The notes under the pieces are model-generated. The model searched no databases and was not told the DNA's origin. It saw only the letters and a program-made list of their open reading frames with translations. From Nannocystis bainbridge (GTDB taxonomy: Bacteria; Myxococcota_A; Polyangia; Nannocystales; Nannocystaceae): DNA of 64,000 nt. The translations under genes were made by a program, and so were the position numbers. Positions 45,453 to 54,800 of the stretch are shown one piece after another (within the stretch, counting starts at the first letter, position 1; every line of letters begins with the position of its first letter). The stretch spans positions 2,656,001-2,720,000 of the forward strand of contig NZ_JAQNDL010000001.1 in the NCBI RefSeq assembly GCF_028368995.1, read 5' to 3'.

Positions 45453-46628
45453 TCACGACAAGCGACCGCCGCGCCAGCGCACGCGATGCTTCTTGTCGAT
45501 CGCCCGGGCTCGCTCGCCCGGGGCGAGCCCGAGGAATTCGACCTCGCCCGCGTCCCTCCACGCGTTTAGCCAGTCCTTGACGTCGGCCAGGCAGGTCATC
45601 GGTAGCCGCAAGCCGTCCCCGACGAGCGTGGGGAATTCGACCTCGCCGGCGTCGCGCAACCGGTCCGCCAGCGCCGCGCGGGCCCTCCGGTGATAGCGCT
45701 GCTGCAGCTCGGCCATGTACGACGTCTCCATCACGGGCGCCTCGAACATCTCGGTCTGCCCTCTTTGCAGCCGCTCGCGCTGCTTCGCCTCGGCCCGCGC
45801 CGCTCGTTGCTCGGGCGTCACCTCTCGCTCGGTGTCACGAAACGCGACCAGGCCGTGAAGGCTTCGCGTCGCGTAGACCAGGTGATAACAGGTCCGATCG
45901 TGGCGCGGGTTGAGCACGACCGTCGGCACGCAGTGCGCGAAGCCTCCCGCCCTGAGCACCCGATCGCAGTACGTCTCGACGATCCGGTCCTCCCGGTCGA
46001 GGTCCGCCAATCCCCGCCACGCCTCGCGGTAGGTCGCGTCGCCGAACAGGTCGATGAACGACTGGAGCGCGACCGACTCACCGTCGTCGACGAAGCGGGT
46101 GATGTCCTTGGTCATGAAGTTGATCAGCACCTCGCTGCGGCGGATCTTCAGCAGCGGCGTGATCGCCTTCAGCCCGTAGCCCGTCCAGCCGGTCGGATCG
46201 ATGAAGACGAAGGCGAACGGCTGCGGTCCCTGCTCGGCGAACCGACACGCCTGCTGGATATGCGCCTCGAACTCGCCGTTGTGGGCCGCGCTCTCGACCG
46301 ACGCGAATTGCTCGTCCAGTAACCCCTGCAGCAGCGCAAACGCCTCGCGGCCGGTCTCGACGAACATCCCGCGGACCCGCAGCTCGATCTGCCGCGCCCG
46401 CAACAGGTCTCGCGCCGCGCACAGCTGGGTGAGCGCCACGTGCGGCGAGGTGTCCCGCAGCGCCTCGGTGGCCTGCTGCCACGGCCCCGAGAACCCGTCG
46501 ATATAGTTGAGCGTCGTCCCCGGTCGGTAATGCCCGATCTTCAGGGCGAGCTGCTGCAGATAGTGCTCGAGCACGTAATGTTTGACATACGCCTGCTCGC
46601 GGCGTCGATAGTCTTGACGATGTACCAC
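45453..46628 (-). CDS. tcmP: Three-Cys-motif partner protein (TcmP; SAM-dependent methyltransferase-like fold)
   Basis: KH..L..YL, YIDGFSGP, FVFIDPTGW, SEVLINFM, YHLVYATR; immediately downstream of DUF5131; GGAGG RBS before GTG. Confidence 0.85.
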   Translation of the reverse strand: MVHRQDYRRREQAYVKHYVLEHYLQQLALKIGHYRPGTTLNYIDGFSGPWQQATEALRDTSPHVALTQLCAARDLLRARQIELRVRGMFVETGREAFALLQGLLDEQFASVESAAHNGEFEAHIQQACRFAEQGPQPFAFVFIDPTGWTGYGLKAITPLLKIRRSEVLINFMTKDITRFVDDGESVALQSFIDLFGDATYREAWRGLADLDREDRIVETYCDRVLRAGGFAHCVPTVVLNPRHDRTCYHLVYATRSLHGLVAFRDTEREVTPEQRAARAEAKQRERLQRGQTEMFEAPVMETSYMAELQQRYHRRARAALADRLRDAGEVEFPTLVGDGLRLPMTCLADVKDWLNAWRDAGEVEFLGLAPGERARAIDKKHRVRWRGGRLS

Positions 46629-46649
46629 GGCCCCCTCCAGGGAACCCGA

Positions 46650-47441
46650 TCATGCTAGCACTTCGAGACGCACGGGCTCGCGCGACCGGACCGGGCGCGC
46701 CTGCGAGCGCTCGCGGGCGCTCGCGGGCAGCTCGTCGAAAGTCCGACCGAGCAGCGTGCGACCGTGACGGCTCTTCTGCACGCCGCCCCACTGCTTGAAG
46801 AAGAACGGCACTCCGGCGTCGCGCGCCTGCTCGAGCAGCGAGAGGACCCACGCTTCCTGCATCGGCCGCGCCTTTGGGCCGCTCTCACCGCCGACGATTA
46901 CCCAGTCGATCCCGCGCAGGTCGACCCGCCCGAGATCCTCGAGCAGCGGCTCGATCGAGAGGAAGCGCAGCGCCGCCGGCGTCTCGCGCAGCACGTCGAT
47001 CCGCGGCAGCCCGAACTTGCGATCCTCGACGCTGACCCCGAGCCAGATCTGCGGCTGTCGGACCAGCGCATCCGGCAACTCCGAGCACACCTGCCGCATG
47101 CGTGCGGCTCGCTTGGTCAGCACCTGGTACGTGTGCCACGGCGCCCGGTTCATCGTCGTGAACACGCTGCGGATGAACTCGATCGGCACGCCCTCCTGAA
47201 ACAGGTCGCTCATCGAGTTGACGAAGATCCGCCGGCTCTTGCGCCACCGCAGCGGCTCCGCCAACTTCTCGGGCACGAGCCGCAGATCGAACCCCTGGCC
47301 GTACGGATGATCCGGCAGGCCGCGCCAGCGCTCGGCGAACGTCTCGGCGTAGCAGTGCTTGCAGCCCGGGCTGATCTTGGTGCACCCCCGCACCGGGTTC
47401 CAGGTGGCGTCGGTCCACTCGATCGCGCTGCCGTCGCTCAT
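46650..47441 (-). CDS. DUF5131 / phage Gp37-Gp68 family protein (radical-SAM-like three-Cys motif)
   Basis: MSDGSAIEWTDATWNPVRGCTKISPGCKHCYAE, FVNSMSDLF, LTKR, FLSIEPLL, WVIVGGESG, FFFKQWGG. Confidence 0.95.
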   Translation of the reverse strand: MSDGSAIEWTDATWNPVRGCTKISPGCKHCYAETFAERWRGLPDHPYGQGFDLRLVPEKLAEPLRWRKSRRIFVNSMSDLFQEGVPIEFIRSVFTTMNRAPWHTYQVLTKRAARMRQVCSELPDALVRQPQIWLGVSVEDRKFGLPRIDVLRETPAALRFLSIEPLLEDLGRVDLRGIDWVIVGGESGPKARPMQEAWVLSLLEQARDAGVPFFFKQWGGVQKSRHGRTLLGRTFDELPASARERSQARPVRSREPVRLEVLA

Positions 47442-47671
47442 TCGTCGGGGATAGCACAGGCCCCGGATCGGCACGAGGTCGCAGCGAGCTGAGCAAACAC
47501 GCGAAGTCTCGTGGGGCCCCCCCAGCGCACCTTGCTGGACCCATTGAAGCGAGCGCGACGACGATCGCTCGCAGATGACGCGAGACCGACGCGCGGGCAT
47601 ACTCTTCGAGCTGCATCACGGCCGCTATGCCGACGCTGCAGCATCCGCTATCCCCGCCCCGAACACCGCTC

Positions 47672-48376
47672 ATGCCCCACGCTCTCGCCCGCCTCGACCT
47701 CCTCGCCGTCACGCTGCTCGCCGTCCTCCCCGCCTGTCCCGGCGCCGAGAAGACGACCGCCGGCGACGCCACCAGCGACACCTCGACCACCACCACCGGC
47801 ACACCGACCTCGACCGGCACCCCGACCTCGACTGACGCCTCGACCGACACCGACGCCGGCACCGGCACCGAGACCGGCGAGCCGAGCGCGCTGTGCCCTG
47901 ACCACACCGTCGCCGACGCCTGTTGCTGCTTCGAGGCCCACGTCAACCTCTCCTCCACCGTCGAGAACGTGTGTGGCACCACCAGCCTGTGTCCGGCGGT
48001 CGAGTTCGAGTGCAGCGACATCGACCAGACCTGCGCCGCCGCCGACGAGGCCGCCGTGAATTGCGTGCTCGAGGCGCTCGCCGACGGCACCGCGATCGGC
48101 TCGCTGAGCGTGCACTACGACATCGACAACGGCTACGGCCAGCGCAAGATCGACGTCTACCTGCAGGGCGACCGCACCGCCTACGTCGCCCACAAGGAGG
48201 AGCTCGACGCCAGCGGCTATTTTAAAGATGTCGGCCGCTATGAGCTCCGCGACGCCGCGCACTTCGACGACTGCCGGGCCGAGGTCGACATCCAGGCCAA
48301 GGCCGACTGCCTCGAGGAGGTCGTCAGCGGCGAGGTCGGCGAGGTCTGTATCGCGTCGTTCGGGTACGAGACCTGA
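47672..48376 (+). CDS. Cys-rich lipoprotein with Thr-rich linker
   Basis: Lipobox LLAVLPAC; TTTTGTPTST linker; many Cys including CCC. Confidence 0.8.
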   Translation: MPHALARLDLLAVTLLAVLPACPGAEKTTAGDATSDTSTTTTGTPTSTGTPTSTDASTDTDAGTGTETGEPSALCPDHTVADACCCFEAHVNLSSTVENVCGTTSLCPAVEFECSDIDQTCAAADEAAVNCVLEALADGTAIGSLSVHYDIDNGYGQRKIDVYLQGDRTAYVAHKEELDASGYFKDVGRYELRDAAHFDDCRAEVDIQAKADCLEEVVSGEVGEVCIASFGYET

Positions 48377-48573
48377 CCGCAGCCCGTGGCGTGGAGCGCG
48401 ACGGTCCTCCGCGCACCGCCGCCTGCCTGGCGACGCGAGCGTCCCGAGCTGCCGCGCCTCGCGTCGTGGGCGCCGCATCCCGCACCGCGTGCCCCGCGTC
48501 CGCGTGACGCGAAGCCTCGCCCGGCCATGGCCCCGCCGCGCGCGCTCCGCCTGTCACGCCTCGCATCCCGCAT

Positions 48574-48675
48574 CCCACGTGACGCCAGCCGCGCGCGCAG
48601 GCATGCCCACGCGTGACGCCAGCGCCGCGCGCATGCATGCCCACGCGTGACGTCAGCCCTGCGCGCAGGCATGCT
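48574..48675 (+). repeat. 34-bp tandem repeat, 3 copies
   Basis: GTGACG at 48579, 48613, 48647; unit approximately CCCACGCGTGACGCCAGC..CGCGCGCAGGCATG. Confidence 0.75.
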
Positions 48676-48731
48676 CGAAGTGCCTGCCCGACTTCGCCGC
48701 CCTGCTCCCGCCCGCCGAGGCCTCGCTGCTG

Positions 48732-49127
48732 GTGCTGCTGGTCGTCAGCTTCCTCGCGGCCACGCTCGTGCCGCTCGCCTCCGAGGTGTGGCTGCTCGCG
48801 CTCCTGGCGGCCCGGCCCGATCTATGGCCCGCGGCCCTCGCCGTCGCCACCCTCGGCAACACGGCCGGCAGCCTCACCACCTACGCGCTCGGTCGGCTCG
48901 GCCGTGTCGCAATCGACCCTGCCAGGCTCGCCTCGCGCCCGGCCCGGTGGCTGCAGCGCCGCGGCGCCCCGGTGCTCCTGCTCGCCTGGCTCCCGTTCGG
49001 CGGCGACGCCCTGTGCCTGGTCGCAGGCTGGCTCAAGCTGCCCGTCCTGCCCGCCCTGCTGTGGATCGCCCTCGGCAAGCTGGCCCGCTACGCCGCCCTC
49101 GTCTGGCTCTGTTTGACAGCGGCCTGA
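48732..49127 (+). CDS. YqaA/DedA (VTT-domain) membrane protein
   Basis: SFLAATLVPLASE, ATLGNTAGS...Y.LGR, LLLAWLP.GGD.LC..AGWLK, GKLARY; start uncertain. Confidence 0.88.
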   Translation: MLLVVSFLAATLVPLASEVWLLALLAARPDLWPAALAVATLGNTAGSLTTYALGRLGRVAIDPARLASRPARWLQRRGAPVLLLAWLPFGGDALCLVAGWLKLPVLPALLWIALGKLARYAALVWLCLTAA

Positions 49128-49211
49128 CGCACGCTCACCGCGCGATCAGACTTCACGTCGACACCCGCTGCTCGCGTCTCGCCTCACGCAGGTCAGGCCC
49201 GACCGCGATCA

Positions 49212-49305
49212 TGACCTGCCTGTTCGGTCATGGCCTCGAGGACATGCCTTTAAAAGCATGTCCATGAGCACATGGCCTTTCGAACATGCCTGAACGGTCA
49301 GCTGA
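49212..49305. repeat. 14-bp-period decamer array (7 units) between convergent genes
   Basis: Cores at 49215, 49229, 49243, 49257, 49271, 49285, 49299. Confidence 0.92.
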
Positions 49306-50278
49306 CCTTGTCGCGTCCCAGGCTGCTGTACACGTCTTCGAGGTCCGAGCGGACCTTGCTCAGCGAGATCACCTCGACATCGCCCAGCACCAGTTCCTTG
49401 AGCAGGTGGGCCGCCCGCTCCTCGCTGCCGTGGATCCGCACGCGCAGCAGCCCGCGCTCGTCCTTCTCCGGGTCCGGCTGGACCTCGCCCTTGTGCAGCG
49501 GCAGCACCGCCTCGATCAGGCCCTCGTGCTTGCGCAGGATCTCGATCGCGCGCCCCAGCCCGCGCGTCACCTGCACCTCGTGCAGGCGGCGGCCCACCTC
49601 GTAGCGGTTGATCACCTCGTCGACCGGCCCGTGGACCTCGAGCTTGCCCTGCTGGATCACCGCTACCGCGTCGCAGAAGCCGTCGAGCTCGCGCAGGATG
49701 TGGCTGCTGATCACGATCCCGACCCCCTCGCCGGCGACCTGGCGCAGCACCTCGCGCAGCTGCCTGCGCGCCAGTGGGTCGAGGCCGTCGGCTGGCTCGT
49801 CGAGCAGCAGCAATTCCGGCCGGTGGACCAGCGTGCGCGCGATCGCCAGCCGCTGGCGCATGCCCTTGCTCATGTCGGACACGCGCGCGTGCGCCTTGCT
49901 GGCGAGGTCGAACACCTGCAGCAGCTCGTCGACGCGCGCCTTCGCGGCCTTGTCGTCCTGGCCGTAGCACTCGGCGAAGAACGTCAGGTAGCCGGCCGCG
50001 GTCATGCCCGGGTAGAGCGCGGTGCCGTCGCCGAGGAAGCCGATCTTCTGGCGGATCGCGTAGCGTTCGCCCCAGGCGTCGCGGCCGTCCCACAGCACCG
50101 TCCCGCGGTCGGGCTTCTGCAGGGTGGCGAGGATCCGCAGCGTCGTGCTCTTGCCGGCGCCGTTGGGGCCGATGAGGGCCAGCACTTCGCCGGCGCGGAT
50201 CTCGAGGCGGAGGTCGCGGACGGCGTCGCGGACCCCGTCGTACGAGTGATTGACATCGACACAGACGACGCGCTGCAT
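49298..50278 (-). CDS. ABC transporter ATP-binding protein (ABC-2/DrrA-like)
   Basis: GPNGAGKST, MSKGMRQR, LLLDEP, ISSHIL; ATG 50278. Confidence 0.93.
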   Translation of the reverse strand: MQRVVCVDVNHSYDGVRDAVRDLRLEIRAGEVLALIGPNGAGKSTTLRILATLQKPDRGTVLWDGRDAWGERYAIRQKIGFLGDGTALYPGMTAAGYLTFFAECYGQDDKAAKARVDELLQVFDLASKAHARVSDMSKGMRQRLAIARTLVHRPELLLLDEPADGLDPLARRQLREVLRQVAGEGVGIVISSHILRELDGFCDAVAVIQQGKLEVHGPVDEVINRYEVGRRLHEVQVTRGLGRAIEILRKHEGLIEAVLPLHKGEVQPDPEKDERGLLRVRIHGSEERAAHLLKELVLGDVEVISLSKVRSDLEDVYSSLGRDKVS

Positions 50279-50387
50279 AGGTCTTGGGCTCCCGTGGTGG
50301 TTCGCGGAGAAGACGCGGCCGCCGCCGGCCGATGTTCCCGCCAGCCTACCAGGCATCATCCGCGCTCGCGCGGTACACTGGCGGCCG

Positions 50388-51803
50388 ATGCCGCGTCCCT
50401 CGCTCCGCACCGCGCTCCTCGGCGCCTCGCTCGCGCTCCTGTCCTGCTCGCGCCCCAAGGCGAGCGCCGAGGCCCCCGCGGAGGCGCAGGCGACCGGCGA
50501 GAGCCCGCTGGCGCAGGCCGCCGCCGGGCTGCCCGGCTTCGAGACCGGCGGCATCGCGCGCGACGTGCCCCACGAGCGCTTCTACGTCGAGGTCGGCGAC
50601 GCGCCGGTGCGCGGGCCCGCCGACGCCCCCGTCACCATCGTCGCCTTCTCCGACTTCGAGTGCCCCTACTGCGAGAAGGGCCACCGGAGCATGCTCGCGC
50701 TCGAGCAGGAGTTCGCCGGCCAGCTGCGCTTCGCCTACAAGGCCTTCCCGCTCGAGTTCCACGGCTACGCCCTCGTCGCCGCGCTGATGGCCCGCTCCGC
50801 GCTCGAGCAGGGCAAGTTCTGGGGCTTCTACGACCGCATCTTCGGCCAGAAGGGCATGGACCTCGAGAGCCTGCAGGACGCCGCGCGCGCCGCCGAGCTC
50901 GACCTGAGCAAGATCCAGGACGACCTCGAGGCCCTGCGCTGGGGCACCGCCGTGCAGAAAGACCTGCGTCAGGGCCGGCGCCTCGGCGTCACCGGCACCC
51001 CGGCCTACTTCATCAACGGCCGCCACATCAACGGCGCCAAGCCGCTCGAGCTGCTGCGCTCGGTCGTCCGCGAGGAGCTCGAGCTGGCCGCCAAGTGGCG
51101 CGAGCAGGGCGTCAAGCCCGACCGGATCTACGCCCACGCCATCCAGGACGGCTACCGCGAGGTCCAGGTGCGCAAGCCTCGGCCCGGGCTCAAGCCGGAC
51201 GTCATTTATCCGGTGCCGATCGACGACTCGCCGCAGCGCGGCCCGGCCACCGCCCTGGTCACCATCGTCGAGTTCGCCGACTTCGAGTGCGGCTTCTGCG
51301 TGCGCGGCCACGAGACCGTGGAGAAGCTGCGCCGCCGCTACGGCGACAAGGTCCGCGTGGTGTTCAAGCACTACCCGCTGCCGTTCCACAGCCACGCGTT
51401 CATGGCCGCGCGCGCGGCCATGGCGGCCCAGGCCGAGGGCAAGTTCTGGGAGTTCCACGACCGCCTCTACGGCGAAAAGGCCCGGTTCGACGAGGACACG
51501 CTGCTGCAGATCGCCCGCGAGCTGAAGCTCGACCCCAAGAAGTTCAAGCAGCGTCTGCACGGCGCCGAGGCCGACGCGCGGATCGTCACCGACCAGGATC
51601 TCGGCACCACCCTTGGGGTCCGCGGCACGCCGGCGTACTTCGTCAACGGCCGCGCGGTCGACGGCGCCGTGCCGGAGCTCGAGTTCCGCCTCGTCATCCA
51701 GGAGGAGCTCGAGCGCGCCGAGGCCCTGCTGCGCGAGGGAGTCCCCCCGGCGGCCCTGTATCACCGCCTGGTGACGCCACCGGCCCCGAGCGCGGCCCGC
51801 TGA
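50388..51803 (+). CDS. Lipoprotein with two DsbA/Com1-like thioredoxin domains
   Basis: ALLSC lipobox; FSDFECPYC...GVTGTP and FADFECGFC...GVRGTP. Confidence 0.92.
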   Translation: MPRPSLRTALLGASLALLSCSRPKASAEAPAEAQATGESPLAQAAAGLPGFETGGIARDVPHERFYVEVGDAPVRGPADAPVTIVAFSDFECPYCEKGHRSMLALEQEFAGQLRFAYKAFPLEFHGYALVAALMARSALEQGKFWGFYDRIFGQKGMDLESLQDAARAAELDLSKIQDDLEALRWGTAVQKDLRQGRRLGVTGTPAYFINGRHINGAKPLELLRSVVREELELAAKWREQGVKPDRIYAHAIQDGYREVQVRKPRPGLKPDVIYPVPIDDSPQRGPATALVTIVEFADFECGFCVRGHETVEKLRRRYGDKVRVVFKHYPLPFHSHAFMAARAAMAAQAEGKFWEFHDRLYGEKARFDEDTLLQIARELKLDPKKFKQRLHGAEADARIVTDQDLGTTLGVRGTPAYFVNGRAVDGAVPELEFRLVIQEELERAEALLREGVPPAALYHRLVTPPAPSAAR

Positions 51804-51884
51804 TCCGGCGCGGAACCGCCCCGCGCGGCCTTGCGCCGGCCGCCCGCGGCGCGAAGCGGCCGCCGATTGGGTGATACTTCCGCG

Positions 51885-54800
51885 GTGCCGGACACACCGA
51901 CTGCGCAGCTGCCGGGCGTGCAGCTCCTCGAGGAGGTCGGCCGCAGCGCGCGGAGCGTGGTCTATCGGGCCCGGCGCGGCGACTTCGTGGTCGCGGTCAA
52001 GCTGCTGCGCACCGACGCCGGCGAGCTCGAGACCGCGGCGCTGAGCTTCCGCCGCGAGGCCGCCACTCTGGCGACGCTGTCGCACCCGTGCGTGGTCCAG
52101 GTGTTCGAGATCGGCGACGCCGCCGGCCTGCCGTACGTGATCATGGAGTACGTCGAGGGCCGGACCCTGGCCGCGCGGCTGGCCGCCGGCCCGCTGTCCG
52201 AGGCCGAGGCGATCCAGCTCGGCCTGCAGCTCGCCGGCGTGCTCGGCGAGATCCACCGCCGGCGCCTGCTCCACCGCGAGATGCGGCCGCAGAACGTGCT
52301 GCTGCTGCCGAACGCCAGCGGCCTGGTCAAGCTGGTCGACTTCGACCTCCGCGACGGCGCGCCGCCGGGCGCCGCCGGGCCCGCGGCCTATCGCGCGCCC
52401 GAGCAGGGCGGCCTGCTCGACCGCACCGTCGACGCCCGCTCCGACCTCTACGCGCTCGGGGCCATGCTGTTCGAGGCGGTCTCCGGCCGCCCGCCGTTCC
52501 TCGCCCGCGAGCCCGACGAGCTGCTGCGCCAGCACGCCGTGCTCGCCCCGCCGCCGCTGCGCGAGCTGGTCCCGCGCTGCTCGCCCGCGTTCGCGGCGGT
52601 GGTCGCCCGCCTGCTGGCCAAGGACCCGGACGACCGGTTCCAGACCGGCGAGGCCACCGCCGCCGCCCTGCTGGCGATCGACGAGTCCATTGGGACAGGT
52701 CCCTTCGGACATTTCGCAAAGGACAGGCTCGACGGCCCGCTGGTCGGCCGCGAGCCCGAGCTCCGCCGGCTCGAGGAGGCTCACGCGCGCGCCCGCGAGG
52801 GCCTCGGCGGCGGCGTGCTCGTCACCGGCGAGCCGGGCAGCGGCAAGTCGCGGCTGCTCGCCGCGTTCGCGGCCGCGCGCGCGGGCGACGGCGTGCCTGT
52901 CCTTTCAGTCAGGTGCCAGCCCGACGCGCGCCCGCTCGCCGGCCTGCGCGCCGCCGTCGACCCGCACCTGCGGCGGCTGCGGCCCGACACCGCGGCCCTG
53001 GCCGGCGGCGACGGCGGCGAGCTGGTGTCGGCCACCGTCGACGCGCTGGCCCTGATCGCCGAGGCCAACCCGGGCGCGGTGCTGTGGGTCGACGACGCCG
53101 AGGTCATCGACGACGCCACCCTCGCCGCCCTGCGCCTGCTCGTCGGCCGGATCGCCGAGCTGCCGCTCCTGCTGGTCACCGTCGGCCGGTTCGAGCGCTG
53201 GGCCGGCGAGCTCGATCGCGACGGCGCCTGCGAATTTTTGGCCCTCGAGGCGCTGTCCGAGCCCGCCGTCGCCGCCTTGATGGCGGCCATGCTCGGCCAG
53301 CGGCGCGTCGACGACGAGCTGGTGCGCCTGGTCGAGAGCCGCAGCGGCGGCCTGCCGCTCGGCGTCATCGAGTACGTGCGCGCCATGCTCGACGGCGGGG
53401 TCCTGCGGCCGTTCTGGGACGTCTGGCAGGTCGAGGTCGCCGGCCTCGCCAACCTCCACCTGCCTGGCGACGTCCAGCAGTTGCTGCTCACCCGCGTCGC
53501 CCGCCTGCGCGAGCGCACCCGCGACGCCCTGCGCGCCGCCGCGGTGCTCGGGCCCGACGTGAAGCCGGCGCTGCTGGCCCGCGTGCTCGGCCGCGACCCG
53601 CTCGGCGTGTCGCAGGCGCTGTCCGAGGCCGCCGCCGCCCGCCTGCTCGAGCGCGGCCCGCTCGGCGACTACGTGTTCGTCCACAACCGCGTGCGCGAGG
53701 CCCTGCTGGCCGGCCTCGACGGCGCCGGCCTGGCCTCGTACCACCAGCGCGTCGCCGAGGCGCTCGACAATGTCGACATCGACGGCGACGGCCTGCACCG
53801 CCTGGCCCACCACTACCTCGCCGGCGACCACTCCAAGCCCGAGCGCGCGATCGAGGTCTGCCTGCGCGCCGGTCGCCTGGCCCAGGCCGAATCGGCCGAC
53901 GAGGACGCCTACCGCTACTTCCGCCGCGCCGACGAGCTGCGCGCCCGCGTCGGCCTGCCGCCCGACCCGCGCCTCGACGAGGGCCTCAGCGAGGTCTGCA
54001 GCCGCACCGGTCGCCACGAAGAGGCCGAAGTACATGTCTCTCGGGCCATGTCGCAAGAGACAGACCCGGCCCGGCGCGCCCAGCTGCTGCGCCGGCGCGC
54101 CCGCGTCGAGCTGTTCCGGCTCGAGCACAAGCGCGCCCTCGCCAGCCTGGCCGCCGCGTTCGCCGAGGTCGGCGCGACCATGCCGTCGCGCAGCCCGCTG
54201 GCGCTGCTGCTCAGCTTCGGCATGGTCCTCGCCGCCGCGCTGATCGCCGCCACCGGGGTCGGCCGCGCCGTCGGTCCGCGCCGCGCCCGCGCCACCCTGC
54301 TCGCCCAGCTCTACGACGACGCCGTGCGCGTCGCCTACTTCGACATCCGCACCGCCACCCTGCTGCAGGCCGTCGGCCGCCTGCGCTACTACGGCGAGCG
54401 CCTCGGCCCATCGGCCGAGCTGGCGCGGGCCAAGATCGCCCTCGGCATCATCTACGCCGCCGTCGGCCGCTCGCACGCCGCCCGCCGCTGCGCCGCCGAG
54501 GGCGTGGCCATGGCCACCGCCGTCGGCGACCGCCGCACCCTCGCGCGCGTCAGCTTCTACGCCGCCGCGATCCACGAGTCGTGCGGCGACGTGCTGGCCT
54601 CCGAGCAGATGCTCGCGCGCACCCTCGCCGATCATCACCGCTGGCTCGAGAACTGGGGCCTGGTGTTCACCCACCAGCTGCTCGCGCTCAACCTGTGGGT
54701 GCGCGGGCACGACGGCCGGGCCCTCGCCGTCCTGCGCCGCCTGACCGCCGAGCTCGAGCTCGAGGGCGACCGCACCACCCGCCAGGCCACCGTCTTCACG

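Noticed and set aside
45453-47441. Prophage around the 'phage Gp37/Gp68' gene
   Set aside because: No integrase, capsid, terminase or tail genes; the flanks are ordinary chromosomal genes.
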